A stretch of DNA of 64,000 nucleotides from Candidatus Freyarchaeum deiterrae (GCA_037305845.1 CP147778.1:2496001-2560000); one strand, 5' to 3'. Shown: positions 10,262 through 20,600, counted from the first letter of the stretch. The notes: generated from the letters alone by a model not told the origin. Translations and numbers: made by a program.

Positions 10262-12109
10262 TTATTTCTCTTCTGCTAGTTTCAAATTGGTTAGGATGTA
10301 TAGAGCGTGTGACCAAGTCAAAGGTATTGCTGATTCTTTTTCCCAGTTCTTCTCTATCACCTGTTCTGGGAGCAAATCTAAACCATTTTTGGAACGCACG
10401 CACCAGTCAATTAGACTTTCAGCTTCCTCTCTTTTTCCCACTTCAAGTTTGTACCATGCAAGCCAGAGTGTGGTTAATGTCCAGGGGTTACCCCCAAAAT
10501 AGTTATCTTTTTCGAATCTCAAAATTCCTCCAGTTTTTGTTTTTAAAGGCTTCTCTATTTTGGCAACTGTGCTTAACATTTTCTTGTTGTTTGGGGGAAT
10601 CATGAGAAAAGGAACTGAAATGCCGAGCAAGCTCGCATCCGGTGTATAATCTTTTACGAGCTTTTCAGTTACAAGTGACCTCACGAACATTTCTTTGTTA
10701 TCATCCCAGAAGTTCTTAACGAATCCTTCTTTTATCCTGCCAGAAACAGAATTCCAGAGGTCCCGCTTATCTTGATCCTCTTTGATTAAAGCCATTTCGG
10801 AGGCTGCTTTTAGTCCCGCGTAAACCGAGGCTGTAGAGTAGGCGTGAACGCCCATTCCATCTTCCCAAAGGTCATTACAGGGTGCTAATAATTTATCCCC
10901 ATTGACTAATTCTGATAAATTATCCGCAGTTAATTTAATCTTATCCCAGTTCTTACTCAAAAATTCGTAATCCTCTGTTAGGGTTATGTGTTTTTCTAGA
11001 CCCCAGAGAAAACCCGCAGTTCCATCAATGTAGGGCTGTTCCCCGCTGGGGCCGGTGGATCCTGGTGCAGTCCAATATCTCTGGTGTAGAAAACCGTGAG
11101 AATTTTGGGACTTGAAAAGCCATTCATAGAACTTATGAGAGAGCTTGTACTGACCTATACAGTCCAGAGCAAAGGCGGTATAAACTCCCTCTCTTCCGCA
11201 AACGTAACCGTATCCTTTACTGAACGAAAAATCTGGATCGAATTCTGGTGCGGTCAAAATTCCCCCCTTGCTGTCACATAATAATCTAATTGCCAGAATC
11301 GACCTTTCAAAAAGTTTCTGTCTACTATTCTCCGTTTGAGGTATTCTTGTATCGCCCAAAAAGCTAGTCGACTCATTAATAGTTTGCTCTAAAACTTTTT
11401 GATTATCCTGTTTTTTCTCCTTTTCGAGTTTTGAGAGTACCTCTTGAGAAGAATTCCCACAGCATATGAGGATGGGAACCTTGCCGGTGTCTCCCGGTCT
11501 TAACTTTCCTATATTCCAACGGAAGTAGCCTGCTACATCTCCAGCAGCATGGGCACTTTCTCCAGCAACCTTTGCTCGCATCCGTAGACCGAGTTCAGTG
11601 TTTTTATTGGCTCTTAAACACGAGTAAGTATCTACATTAGCATTCGCTCCGACCGCGAAAAAGTAACCATGTTTGTAAAAAACCATCGCCTGTTTGGAAA
11701 AATCGTAATAAACCGCGTTGGCTCGGGAACTCTCCAAAATACTAAAATTACCGTAAAACTCGATTTCAAAATTTGAACTGGTAGAAGATTTATTTTCGAT
11801 TTCTGTACTTATTTCTATAATATCCTCATCAGGAAGGGCGAAGATGTACCTTTTCACCCTGATACCCTTTTTTCGACTAATGATTTGGATAACATTAGAA
11901 CTCGGCAGATAGGAAAATTCGTTCTTCCAACCCCCACTGGATAACCAGCTTGTGGAATGTTCGTCAACTATACCCATCTTAGTTATGGTAACATGATAAG
12001 GAAAATCGATATTCGGCCAAAATATCTGTGTAATGTCCCCTGAACCACCGACCGTGCCCAAAATCCTTCCATTACCAAAAATTCCCTCTATATCCAATTT
12101 CTTTCTCAA
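10262..12109 (-). CDS. glycoside hydrolase family 15 (glucoamylase-like)
   Basis: GNG N-terminus, APEFD, DLWE, DASLL, GGNPWTLTTLW, LPEQ, PLTWSHA. Confidence 0.88.
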   Translation of the reverse strand: MRKKLDIEGIFGNGRILGTVGGSGDITQIFWPNIDFPYHVTITKMGIVDEHSTSWLSSGGWKNEFSYLPSSNVIQIISRKKGIRVKRYIFALPDEDIIEISTEIENKSSTSSNFEIEFYGNFSILESSRANAVYYDFSKQAMVFYKHGYFFAVGANANVDTYSCLRANKNTELGLRMRAKVAGESAHAAGDVAGYFRWNIGKLRPGDTGKVPILICCGNSSQEVLSKLEKEKKQDNQKVLEQTINESTSFLGDTRIPQTENSRQKLFERSILAIRLLCDSKGGILTAPEFDPDFSFSKGYGYVCGREGVYTAFALDCIGQYKLSHKFYEWLFKSQNSHGFLHQRYWTAPGSTGPSGEQPYIDGTAGFLWGLEKHITLTEDYEFLSKNWDKIKLTADNLSELVNGDKLLAPCNDLWEDGMGVHAYSTASVYAGLKAASEMALIKEDQDKRDLWNSVSGRIKEGFVKNFWDDNKEMFVRSLVTEKLVKDYTPDASLLGISVPFLMIPPNNKKMLSTVAKIEKPLKTKTGGILRFEKDNYFGGNPWTLTTLWLAWYKLEVGKREEAESLIDWCVRSKNGLDLLPEQVIEKNWEKESAIPLTWSHALYILTNLKLAEEK

Positions 12110-12413
12110 GCCGCCTCACCAAAAAACGGGAACATACGTAATCTTAGAAATTGTGTTTTTCACTTAAATTTTTTTTTGGGACTATTTATGAAATTACTCC
12201 TAGAAAAATATAATACACCCATCAGAATAAATAAAGTTAGGATAAGAATATGACTATTTACATTTAAAAGACTGGCGCCATATTCATCCTCCAAAAAACT
12301 TAAAATCATCATAAAAGGGGTATATCTTAAAACTTAGGATGGTAAATATCTTTAAAAAAACAATAAACCAAAATCATAAGCTTAATTTACTTCAAAGTAC
12401 TAATTTGTTGTAG

Positions 12414-13175
12414 GTGCAATTCATGCCGCATTTGGGAAAAGAAAAAAAGGAAGGATATCTCGACTCATCAACAAGTGAGCAACCAGCAAACGACCCTCCA
12501 TCAAAAATGGATTCACAAACACTAAGTGAGGTAAAGTCGGGAATAGAAAAACTCACCCAGATTTTATCAACTTACTTATCCTCATTTGAAGAAAGACTTG
12601 GCAAAATGGAGAAACAAGTTGGAAACCTTGACTTACGAATGGCTGACCTTGAACAAGGTGGCAAGAAAGCCGCCTCTAGCACCGGGGCGCTTCGTGTGCC
12701 TTCAGGACTGGTGCAGGACGCTACTAGAACTGAACCAGTTATAGCTAAAAAACGACTGGAAGCAGAAACCCCCTCTATTCCAACTCCGGCTGTTCCAACC
12801 GGCCCTCCAAAACCTCCTACGGCAACTCCGCCAAAAGCACCTATAGCTGCTCCAAAGATTGAAACTCGCGCTCCGCAAATCGAAACCGGGGCAGTTCCAC
12901 CCACAGGACCGGGAACACAGGCTTCCCAACCTGATATACCTCTCTCCAAAGAAGCTCCCATGGCTGAGCACTTTTTCGATGAATTAAAGTCACGAATATC
13001 CAAGACTAGTGATTTTCAAGAAGGCAGAGTATCCCAAACTACACCAGGATATGTTGCTCCGGCGGCACCCAAGCCAACCGCCCAAGTGCCAGCTAAGCAA
13101 GAAGCCACCGGGGGATCGGAAGAGGACATTAAAAGGGTACTCCAACGCCTTAAAGATTCCATAAAAAAGGCTTGA
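12414..13175 (+). CDS. coiled-coil / proline-rich protein with short C-terminal amphipathic helices (likely start ATG 12423)
   Basis: Heptad coiled coil aa ~40-82, Pro-rich linker, FFDELKSRI helix, terminal IKRVLQRLKDSI helix. Confidence 0.7.
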   Translation: MQFMPHLGKEKKEGYLDSSTSEQPANDPPSKMDSQTLSEVKSGIEKLTQILSTYLSSFEERLGKMEKQVGNLDLRMADLEQGGKKAASSTGALRVPSGLVQDATRTEPVIAKKRLEAETPSIPTPAVPTGPPKPPTATPPKAPIAAPKIETRAPQIETGAVPPTGPGTQASQPDIPLSKEAPMAEHFFDELKSRISKTSDFQEGRVSQTTPGYVAPAAPKPTAQVPAKQEATGGSEEDIKRVLQRLKDSIKKA

Positions 13176-13320
13176 ATAATCCCTCTTTGCAAGTAATTAA
13201 TCAAATTCGACCAAACTTGCCCAATTTTAAGAATCCTCCTCGCATAGGATTAGTGAGAAAGCCGGTACCTATAGATAGGATGATTTGCGAGGAGTTAAAT
13301 TTTAAAAAAAGGTAAAAAAA

Positions 13321-13429
13321 GGCGGGTAATAACACTTGCTCACTCATGAAGGGTACGCAAGCCATTAACCGGAAGATGATTATAAGCCTCACACTATTTA
13401 GCACTTTAACGGTAAGAGTGAAGCCCACC
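13321..13429 (-). ncRNA. candidate structured non-coding RNA / structured 3' element
   Basis: Three nested stems on minus strand (ggtggg/cccgcc, ttcactc/gagtgag, ccgttaa/ttaatgg), each with a G-U wobble that is an A-C mismatch on plus; followed by oligo-T tracts. Confidence 0.4.
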
Positions 13430-13479
13430 AAACTTTCAAGGGTAAAGCAGGAAGCTCCTTTGCAGAAGCGAAGGGTGGT

Positions 13480-14013
13480 TCACAGAATTTTTATCAAGAA
13501 CGCATCTTCTTCTTTAGCCATTCCTACAATTTTCTCGCTTTTGTCCATCATAGCATAAGCTCTTCCCACTTCGATTTCTGTGTCGCTTTTCAGGAGGTTA
13601 ATGTTTAGATAAACTTTGTCTTGTTGGCTTATGGGATCCCTCTGTTTTTCGGGTGTAAACTGGAAGTTTCCTTTAAACATTATTGGGTACGCGGCAAGCT
13701 GGGGCACCGCTTTCTCTTTTATAATTCTGTGAGGTAGCATAGATAGATCATTTTCTATCGAAGCCACGCCAGAATGGCTAGCATAGGAGGGATTAATCTG
13801 AGAAATGTTATAAATTTCAGTTAGAGCAGCTATGTCGGTACGAAGTAGCATAGGGTCACTTTTTTCTGAGTACTCCTTCAATTTTTCCTGATCCACGTCA
13901 ATTTTCCACATCCAATTAACTGAATCAATCCAAAAAATTCCCGCAACTTTCTTTTTCTCATCAAACTTCATCAAGCGGCCTCCTTTAGGAGATTTAAAAA
14001 CTCTGAACTGCAA
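13480..14013 (-). CDS. hypothetical protein
   Basis: 177-aa ORF; aggagg SD before the internal ATG (MKFDEK) suggests that as the true start. Confidence 0.65.
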   Translation of the reverse strand: MQFRVFKSPKGGRLMKFDEKKKVAGIFWIDSVNWMWKIDVDQEKLKEYSEKSDPMLLRTDIAALTEIYNISQINPSYASHSGVASIENDLSMLPHRIIKEKAVPQLAAYPIMFKGNFQFTPEKQRDPISQQDKVYLNINLLKSDTEIEVGRAYAMMDKSEKIVGMAKEEDAFLIKIL

Positions 14014-14285
14014 TTCTGACTTATTTTATACGGTATTATCATTGATTGGTACGAACAAACCACTTTGTTACACATCGTCAAATTAAAGAATATAAAGATT
14101 AATAAACCATCAAAAGCAAGATATATGAGCATTTACTGAAAAATAAATTTTTCTTCAGTATTTTCTAAATTGCAGAAATTGGCAGAAACCATGTAAACTC
14201 TTAAAAGTCTAGGGACATAAAATTACAGTAGTTTTAATTTTCGCGTTGGCACGAGAACTGGTTTAGTCACTCTCGGAGGAATAAT

Positions 14286-15257
14286 ATGAGCAACGAGATA
14301 CCCAACCGTATCCACGGTTGTCTAGTTGGATTAACCATAGGAGACATGCTAGGGGCCGCTCAAGAAGGTCTAACGCCCTTTGATATAAGATCAAAGTTTG
14401 GAGTAGTAAAAGACCCTTTAAGTTTAGAGATAACCGATGATACGATTCTAAACTTCCTAGTAGCTGAAGCTTTAATAGAAAACCAGGCAAATGTTACTCA
14501 AGAAATTATAGCGAAAGCGATCTTAAAGAGCGCTGGTTCTTCCCGTCTAGGTCCAACTACTCAATCCTCTATTCTACGCCTTCAAAAGGATCCTAAAGCC
14601 ATCCCTACCACCGGCGAGACTAACGGAGCCGCTATGCGTGCTTTTCCTTTAGGTTTATGCTTACCCTATGAACCAGAAGTAATCGTGGAAAAAACAGCCA
14701 TATCATCAATGGTTACCCATGGGACCAGCGCTGCAATTTCAGCGGCCGCAGCAGTTGCCTGTGCAACCTCCGCCGCGGTTGAAGGATTTAAGGTGGAACA
14801 AATAATGGACTCTGCATTTGAGGGTGCAGAATTGGGGGAAAACTTCGGCAACAAGTCCGGTAAAAGTGTAGCATTTAGAATTAGAATGGCTGATGAGCTT
14901 GTGGGGGGGCAGTCTGATCCTTTGGAGATACAAAAAATTCTTTACCGCGAAATCGGTGTAGGCCCTCTTTCTTGGGAAACCGTTCCCTCAGCTTTGGCAA
15001 TTTTTTCCGCCTGTAAAGGTGATATCCAAAAGGCTCTGCTCATCACAGCAAATATGGGTGGCGATACGGATACTTTGGGTAGCCTAGCAGGAGGTCTTTG
15101 TGGAGCTAAAAATGGTCTAGGCTCTGTTCCTAAACGTTGGATACGATTCGTAACAAAGCTTGAACCACAAATTCCTACAGGCAACATACAGAAGATTGCC
15201 GAAGGCCTAACGAATCTTAGAGCAAAGTTAATTTCCGAGAAAAACCCTGTTTATTGA
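14286..15257 (+). CDS. ADP-ribosylglycohydrolase (DraG/ARH family)
   Basis: IGDMLGA, TDDT, TNGAAMR, THG, GGDTDT motifs. Confidence 0.92.
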   Translation: MSNEIPNRIHGCLVGLTIGDMLGAAQEGLTPFDIRSKFGVVKDPLSLEITDDTILNFLVAEALIENQANVTQEIIAKAILKSAGSSRLGPTTQSSILRLQKDPKAIPTTGETNGAAMRAFPLGLCLPYEPEVIVEKTAISSMVTHGTSAAISAAAAVACATSAAVEGFKVEQIMDSAFEGAELGENFGNKSGKSVAFRIRMADELVGGQSDPLEIQKILYREIGVGPLSWETVPSALAIFSACKGDIQKALLITANMGGDTDTLGSLAGGLCGAKNGLGSVPKRWIRFVTKLEPQIPTGNIQKIAEGLTNLRAKLISEKNPVY

Positions 15258-15369
15258 ATATTAAAATGTTTCAAAAATTGCCATTAAGACTAGATTTATA
15301 TTCTTACAATCACATAATAAAATTAGAACCTCTTGATACTTTAGGGTACAAGAAGGGAGGTTAATCAAC

Positions 15370-16176
15370 TTGGCAGATAATGTAACCCTACTTATGGACG
15401 AGTACCATAATGAAGAGACCAAAACAAGCATATACAACGAAATAAAGAACAGTATAGTAAACTGGGGTTTGGAACTCTACGTAAACTCCTCAAGCCCACT
15501 TAATTCACCACTACTAGAATCATACGGTGCTTTAGTTCTTATAGCTCCCAGAAGGTTCAGGAAAGAGTACGACTGGAAGGTGGAAGAAACTCGATCGATT
15601 ATGGAATACGTCGAGGAAGGCGGAACACTACTAGTAACTCCCACACGAGCAGACAGAAACTATAAAATCAATTTCGCCCGTGAAATCGGCATTGACTGGT
15701 TAGGAATGAACCAGAAATTCGTTACCGATTTTACCCTGCATCCCATAACCAAAGGAATTTTCAAAATCCACGCTCCTTGGTTCCGGGCAAACCTGATTCC
15801 CGAGTGGCAACAAATAGCAAGAGTTCAGTTGGGTTTAAGATCATTTCCAGTAATCGCGGTTAGGGAGCTTGGAAAAGGAAAAATGATCTTCGTAAGCAGC
15901 ATTATGCTATTTTCTAAGCCGTATATGAAAAGAAATGACAATGCAAGACTTATAATGAACCTATTCGAGTGGATCAAAGAACTCGGCGAAAATACTGGAA
16001 TAAAAAGAAATGCGCCGAAAGAGGAGAAACGAATAGTAGTCACTGAAGAAGTAAAGCCGAAGGTAGAGATAAAGCTAGGAGCACCGCAGAAAAGCCGGTT
16101 TTGCCCACACTGTGGCGTCGAGGTACCGCCCTTCGCAGTTTTCTGTCCAAACTGCGGAGCAAGCATAGAGGAATAA
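15370..16176 (+). CDS. GldG/IFT52 (GIFT/DUF4350)-like domain protein with C-terminal zinc ribbon
   Basis: LVLIAP, YVEEGGTLLV, HPITKGI, GKGKMIFV, DNARLIMNLFEWI; FCPHCG..FCPNCG. Confidence 0.7.
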   Translation: MADNVTLLMDEYHNEETKTSIYNEIKNSIVNWGLELYVNSSSPLNSPLLESYGALVLIAPRRFRKEYDWKVEETRSIMEYVEEGGTLLVTPTRADRNYKINFAREIGIDWLGMNQKFVTDFTLHPITKGIFKIHAPWFRANLIPEWQQIARVQLGLRSFPVIAVRELGKGKMIFVSSIMLFSKPYMKRNDNARLIMNLFEWIKELGENTGIKRNAPKEEKRIVVTEEVKPKVEIKLGAPQKSRFCPHCGVEVPPFAVFCPNCGASIEE

Positions 16177-16303
16177 AACCCCAAATTATCTTTATTATTA
16201 TACCCATTTTTCCACCCCCCGTTTAGAGGCCTAAAACTATATTAAACCTTAAAGATTAATGATTTTTTCACCGAATTTTTAGTTACTCACAATTGCGTTT
16301 ATT

Positions 16304-17215
16304 CTACTTTTGACAGTACAAATTTGTGGTTGCTCTAAACTGCTCGGGTATAAAGTGGTGAAAAAACCTTTTGTCCGTTTTATAGGCTTCCTTGTACAAT
16401 CTTTCAAAGTATTTTTTTGGAAGGAAACCCTTCATGAAAAAGAAAAGGAAATAAGAAAAAAAGGTTTCAGCCTTAGTAAAAACTTTTTTAAATCCCGACA
16501 CATAACCCGCCCTAATCAACTCATTTAAAGTAAACATATAAGGATCAGTCAGCAACTCCCTAGGATTTTTCTGCATCTCCAACATAGCCTTATTTGTCCT
16601 CACGTCTAAACTAGAACCAGATCTGCGTCCCACAAGCTCCCCCAGCTGGTTAAGTATCACACCCACCATTCCAACCAGCATTATTCCCAGACGATTAGGC
16701 TCCTCCAATACGGCTAAATATCCTCTAGGCTTCAAAATCCTCCTGCTCTCCTTCATAAAGGAAACATAGTTTGGAAAATGATGCAAAGAAGATGAACAGA
16801 TAACCAAATCAAAAACATCATCCCTTAAGGGTAAATTCTCACAGTCACACCGAAACCAGAAGGTATCACCAGAAAATCCATAATTTTTCGACTTGCCGAT
16901 AGCCACCTTAATTATCTCCGAACTAATATCACAATTTACTATCAAAGCCCTAGAACCAAAAGCCTTGAGATTGAGAGAGATTTTCCCAGTTCCACAGGCG
17001 GCATCCAAAATTAGAATTTTCCTGGAAGCATCAATACCCGCAAAAGACAACTCTGAGTTAATCACACTTCCATACCGGTAACTAGTCTTTATGTCAAATA
17101 TACCATCATAGTATGTACTCTCTATATCATGCCTCAGTATGTTATCCTTCTTAACTCTTCTTTGAGAATCCGACGACAAGTTCTCACGTCCTTCTGAATT
17201 TAACCGCCTTACCAT
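16304..17215 (-). CDS. class I SAM-dependent methyltransferase
   Basis: ILDAACGTG motif I, DCENLP..FDLV...LHH, RILKPRG. Confidence 0.88.
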   Translation of the reverse strand: MVRRLNSEGRENLSSDSQRRVKKDNILRHDIESTYYDGIFDIKTSYRYGSVINSELSFAGIDASRKILILDAACGTGKISLNLKAFGSRALIVNCDISSEIIKVAIGKSKNYGFSGDTFWFRCDCENLPLRDDVFDLVICSSSLHHFPNYVSFMKESRRILKPRGYLAVLEEPNRLGIMLVGMVGVILNQLGELVGRRSGSSLDVRTNKAMLEMQKNPRELLTDPYMFTLNELIRAGYVSGFKKVFTKAETFFSYFLFFFMKGFLPKKYFERLYKEAYKTDKRFFHHFIPEQFRATTNLYCQK

Positions 17216-17423
17216 CTTAAACCCTTTATCAAAAGAAATAGGTCTTTCTCTCTTGATAATAATCTTCCAAACAATTCTTACAATTACCAGTAGCCTAGTC
17301 CTTCTGTTCTTGCGTTTCTATGAATCAATGACAAAAGCAGAAGATTTATTCGTTTATGCTTCAGCGAATCTTTCTACATTGCTTCCTCCGCCGGTGATAA
17401 TTTCTAGCCTTTCCTCAGTCGCC

Positions 17424-20207
17424 TCATGTTAAGGCATATCGCTTGTAGAACCATTTTTTAATAGTCTCAACAAGTAACAGGTAGCTACCAACCAAACCTG
17501 CTAGAATTATGTAGAATAAGAGTGGTGGTTGCGCGAATCCGAACAGTGCGCCTAACGGTGTGAACGGTATTATCAACGCGAAGCCGACAACAGCTAAACT
17601 GCTTATGGTCAAAAGCTTACTCGGCTTACTCTTAAAGAAAGGTGTTAAGGTCGTTCTTATAACGAATATAACCAGAGTCTGTGTGCACAAAGACTCAATA
17701 AACCAACCAGTTTGAAACAGTGATTGAGATGCGGCGAAGACGTTTAACATTATGAAGAAGGTTAGGAAGTCATAGATAGAACTCATTGGTCCAATAAGAA
17801 GCATGAATTTCCTTATGAAGGAAATATTCCATCTTCTCGGCTTTTCAGTATACACCGCATCAACATTGTCGGTTGGTATAGTTGTTTCAGACAAATCATA
17901 AAGAAAATTGTTTAAGAGTATCTGTATTGGCGTCATAGGCAAGAATGGAAGGAATAGAGACGCGCCTGCACAGCTGAACATGTTACCGAAATTCGAACTC
18001 GAACCCATCAGGATGTACTTCAGGGTGTTGCCGAAAGTTTTTCGTCCCTCTATAACTCCTTCTACTAACACCGTTAAATCCTTACGAGAAAGTATGATGT
18101 CTGCGGACTCTTTCGCAATATCCACAGCGTTATTGACCGATATGCCAACATCCGCAGTCCTCAAAGAGGGCGCATCATTAATGCCGTCGCCAAGAAAACC
18201 GACAACATGCCCGTTACTCTTCAACACGTTCATTATCCTGTCTTTCTGCTGGGGCGTCACCCTCGCGAAAACGTTTGAATTCTCAACTAATACCGCGAGA
18301 GCATCATCAGGCATTCCAACAATATCGCTTCCGAGAACAATACCCTTAACCTCAAAATCCAACTGCTCGCATACCTTCTTCGTAACTATCTCATTGTCGC
18401 CCGTACAAATTTTCAGTTCCACTCCCGCCTTGCTTAACAACTGAAGAGATTTTTTAACAGTTTTTTTAGGTGGGTCGAGGAACACCACATAACCCAAAAA
18501 TACCATACCACTCTCGTCGCTGACAGAGCACGCCTGCTTCTCCTCTTTCATACTCTTGTATGAGATTCCCAAAACTCTGAATCCATCAGAGCTCAGTTCA
18601 AAGTATTTTTGCTCGATCTTTCTCTGTAAATCACTTGTCATGTCAACTATTCTGTCCGCGAGTTCACAGTAAGAACACACTTTGATAATCTCATCAGGAG
18701 CACCCTTAGTAATCAAAAATCTCTGGCCCCTCTGTTCAACAACAACAGAAATTCGCTTTCTTATGAAATCAAAGGGAACCTCATCTATCTTCTGGTAACC
18801 CTTTGCAGTAACATCAACATTTTCGTGCCGAAGTATCGCCTCGTCAAGCGGGCTCTTCAACCCTGTTTGATAGTAACTGTTTAAGAAGGAATAGAGCAGC
18901 ACTTTTTCATCTTCATTTCCTTCAAAATCCACATGAAGAAGAAGTGTCACTTTATTCTCCGTGAGTGTTCCCGTCTTATCTGTACACAAAACATCCATGC
19001 TTCCGAAATTCTGAATCGACGCCAAACGTTTTACGATAACACCCTTCCTGGACATTGCGAGGCCAGCCTTTGAAAGGTTTACAGAGAGAATCATTGGCAA
19101 AAGTTCAGGCGTCAAACCAACCGCTAGAGCCACGGAGAAAAGAAGCGATTGTAGCACTTGTCCACTGATTTGCGTGCTTAAAGAGAGAATCCCTTGCAAA
19201 AGGTCAGGCGTCAAACCAAACGTTAGAGCCACAGCGAAAAGACCCGATTGTTGCATTTGCAGAGCTTGGCCCTTGAGAAGTGTATTTACGAAAAAGACGA
19301 ATACCACGAGGAAAAAGGTGATTTCCATTATTAGAAAACCGAATCTTCTAAGCCCCCTCTCATACTCCGTTTCCGGTTGTCTTGCGACAAGCTTTTTGGC
19401 AATTTTCCCATATTCTGTAAAGCTTCCAGTTTTTACCACAACAGCAGTTGCTGTTCCACTTACAACAGAAGTACCCAAAAAAAGATAGTTACTCCTTTCA
19501 GTGACTGTTTCACATTTAACCATCGACGGCGCAGCTGTTTTTTCTACCGGAAAAGACTCACCTGTTAATGAGGACTGGTTCAAGAAAAAGTCCTTAGACT
19601 CAATTACTCTCGCATCCGCAGGTACAATATCCCCCGCCGAAAGATATACTATGTCCCCTGGAACAATCTCGGAAAGCTTTACTTCTTTTTTAACGCCGTT
19701 TCTGAGAACAGTTGCGGTAGTGGTTACTTTTTCTTTAAGCATTTCAGCGGCTTTCTCAGCCCGAGATTCTTGGTAAAAGTCAAGAACCACGCTTAGAAGC
19801 ACTATCGCAAATATGATGACTGCGTTTATTACCTGTTGGAAAAAAACTGAAACCAAACCTGCAATCAACAAAATAATTATTAAAGGATTTCTGAAGTGAG
19901 AAGCGAATTCAGCAACAGCAGTTCTTTTCTTTCTCTTGGCTATCTCATTATGGCCGTAGAGCTCAAGGCGTTTTTCCACCTCTTGAGAGGTAAGGCCTGA
20001 TTGAGAAGTCTTCAAATTAGCAAAAAGATTGTTAATCGGCAGTTCAATCTGCTCTTCGGTGCCTTTCTCTAATTGTACCTGACTCGAAGACTTTGTTGTA
20101 CTCGCTTTCTTGGAGCCTTTGAAGCCATTCATCGCTTTCACCATCCATAAAGACACCTCATGAGTTGAGCTACCCTTTTTTAAAATTAAAGAAAAAACCA
20201 CCATCAT
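17424..20207 (-). CDS. mgtA: magnesium-translocating P-type ATPase (true start probably the downstream ATG near 20144 after a gaggtg SD)
   Basis: TGES, GLTPELLP, CTDKTGTLT, DEVPFDF.RKR, TGDN, GDGINDAP, SSNFGN, FQTGWFIES. Confidence 0.93.
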   Translation of the reverse strand: MMVVFSLILKKGSSTHEVSLWMVKAMNGFKGSKKASTTKSSSQVQLEKGTEEQIELPINNLFANLKTSQSGLTSQEVEKRLELYGHNEIAKRKKRTAVAEFASHFRNPLIIILLIAGLVSVFFQQVINAVIIFAIVLLSVVLDFYQESRAEKAAEMLKEKVTTTATVLRNGVKKEVKLSEIVPGDIVYLSAGDIVPADARVIESKDFFLNQSSLTGESFPVEKTAAPSMVKCETVTERSNYLFLGTSVVSGTATAVVVKTGSFTEYGKIAKKLVARQPETEYERGLRRFGFLIMEITFFLVVFVFFVNTLLKGQALQMQQSGLFAVALTFGLTPDLLQGILSLSTQISGQVLQSLLFSVALAVGLTPELLPMILSVNLSKAGLAMSRKGVIVKRLASIQNFGSMDVLCTDKTGTLTENKVTLLLHVDFEGNEDEKVLLYSFLNSYYQTGLKSPLDEAILRHENVDVTAKGYQKIDEVPFDFIRKRISVVVEQRGQRFLITKGAPDEIIKVCSYCELADRIVDMTSDLQRKIEQKYFELSSDGFRVLGISYKSMKEEKQACSVSDESGMVFLGYVVFLDPPKKTVKKSLQLLSKAGVELKICTGDNEIVTKKVCEQLDFEVKGIVLGSDIVGMPDDALAVLVENSNVFARVTPQQKDRIMNVLKSNGHVVGFLGDGINDAPSLRTADVGISVNNAVDIAKESADIILSRKDLTVLVEGVIEGRKTFGNTLKYILMGSSSNFGNMFSCAGASLFLPFLPMTPIQILLNNFLYDLSETTIPTDNVDAVYTEKPRRWNISFIRKFMLLIGPMSSIYDFLTFFIMLNVFAASQSLFQTGWFIESLCTQTLVIFVIRTTLTPFFKSKPSKLLTISSLAVVGFALIIPFTPLGALFGFAQPPLLFYIILAGLVGSYLLLVETIKKWFYKRYALT
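19084..19262. repeat. diverged 99-bp tandem duplication inside mgtA (TM4 region)
   Basis: gagagaatc...tcaggcgtcaaaccaa...tagagccac recurs at 99-bp offset (19084 and 19183). Confidence 0.85.
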
Positions 20208-20600
20208 TGCTTATAGGTTTTTCCATAATCCACTATACTATGTAGTTTTCTCTTTTTCTTTTTGAAAAAGGTCTTCCTCTGCTTAATTTCGGTTTTCCGC
20301 TTGCGGATTTTTCTTCTTTTTCCTTTCTGTGCTTTTTTCTCCGTCTTTAATTTTCCAAGTACTCGTACTATTTGCAAATCTTTCGATATAGTTTTTATTG
20401 AAAAATTCTAGCCTCCTTCTAATTACCTATGGCAGCAAGAACCAATTCGTAGATTGGAACAACAGAAGATATATCTCAAATCTGCACAAAAACGGGAATA
20501 TAATTTGTAAAACTAGTTGTGGTCTTTAAAAGGGCAAAACAGGCGAAATAAATTGCCCAAAGAACTAATTCTGTAACTTCTGCACAACAGGTGTGAAGCT

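Noticed and set aside
13321-13430. tRNA or 5S rRNA on the plus strand (starts GGCGGG, ends CCA)
   Set aside because: No T-loop or D-loop consensus, acceptor stem has an A-C mismatch, and 5S helices do not form; wobble pairs favour the minus strand.
20204-20377. 57-codon Lys/Arg-rich minus-strand uORF upstream of mgtA (MgtL-like leader?)
   Set aside because: TTG start without a well-spaced SD; the composition is explained by A-rich intergenic DNA; no Pro-rich leader signature.
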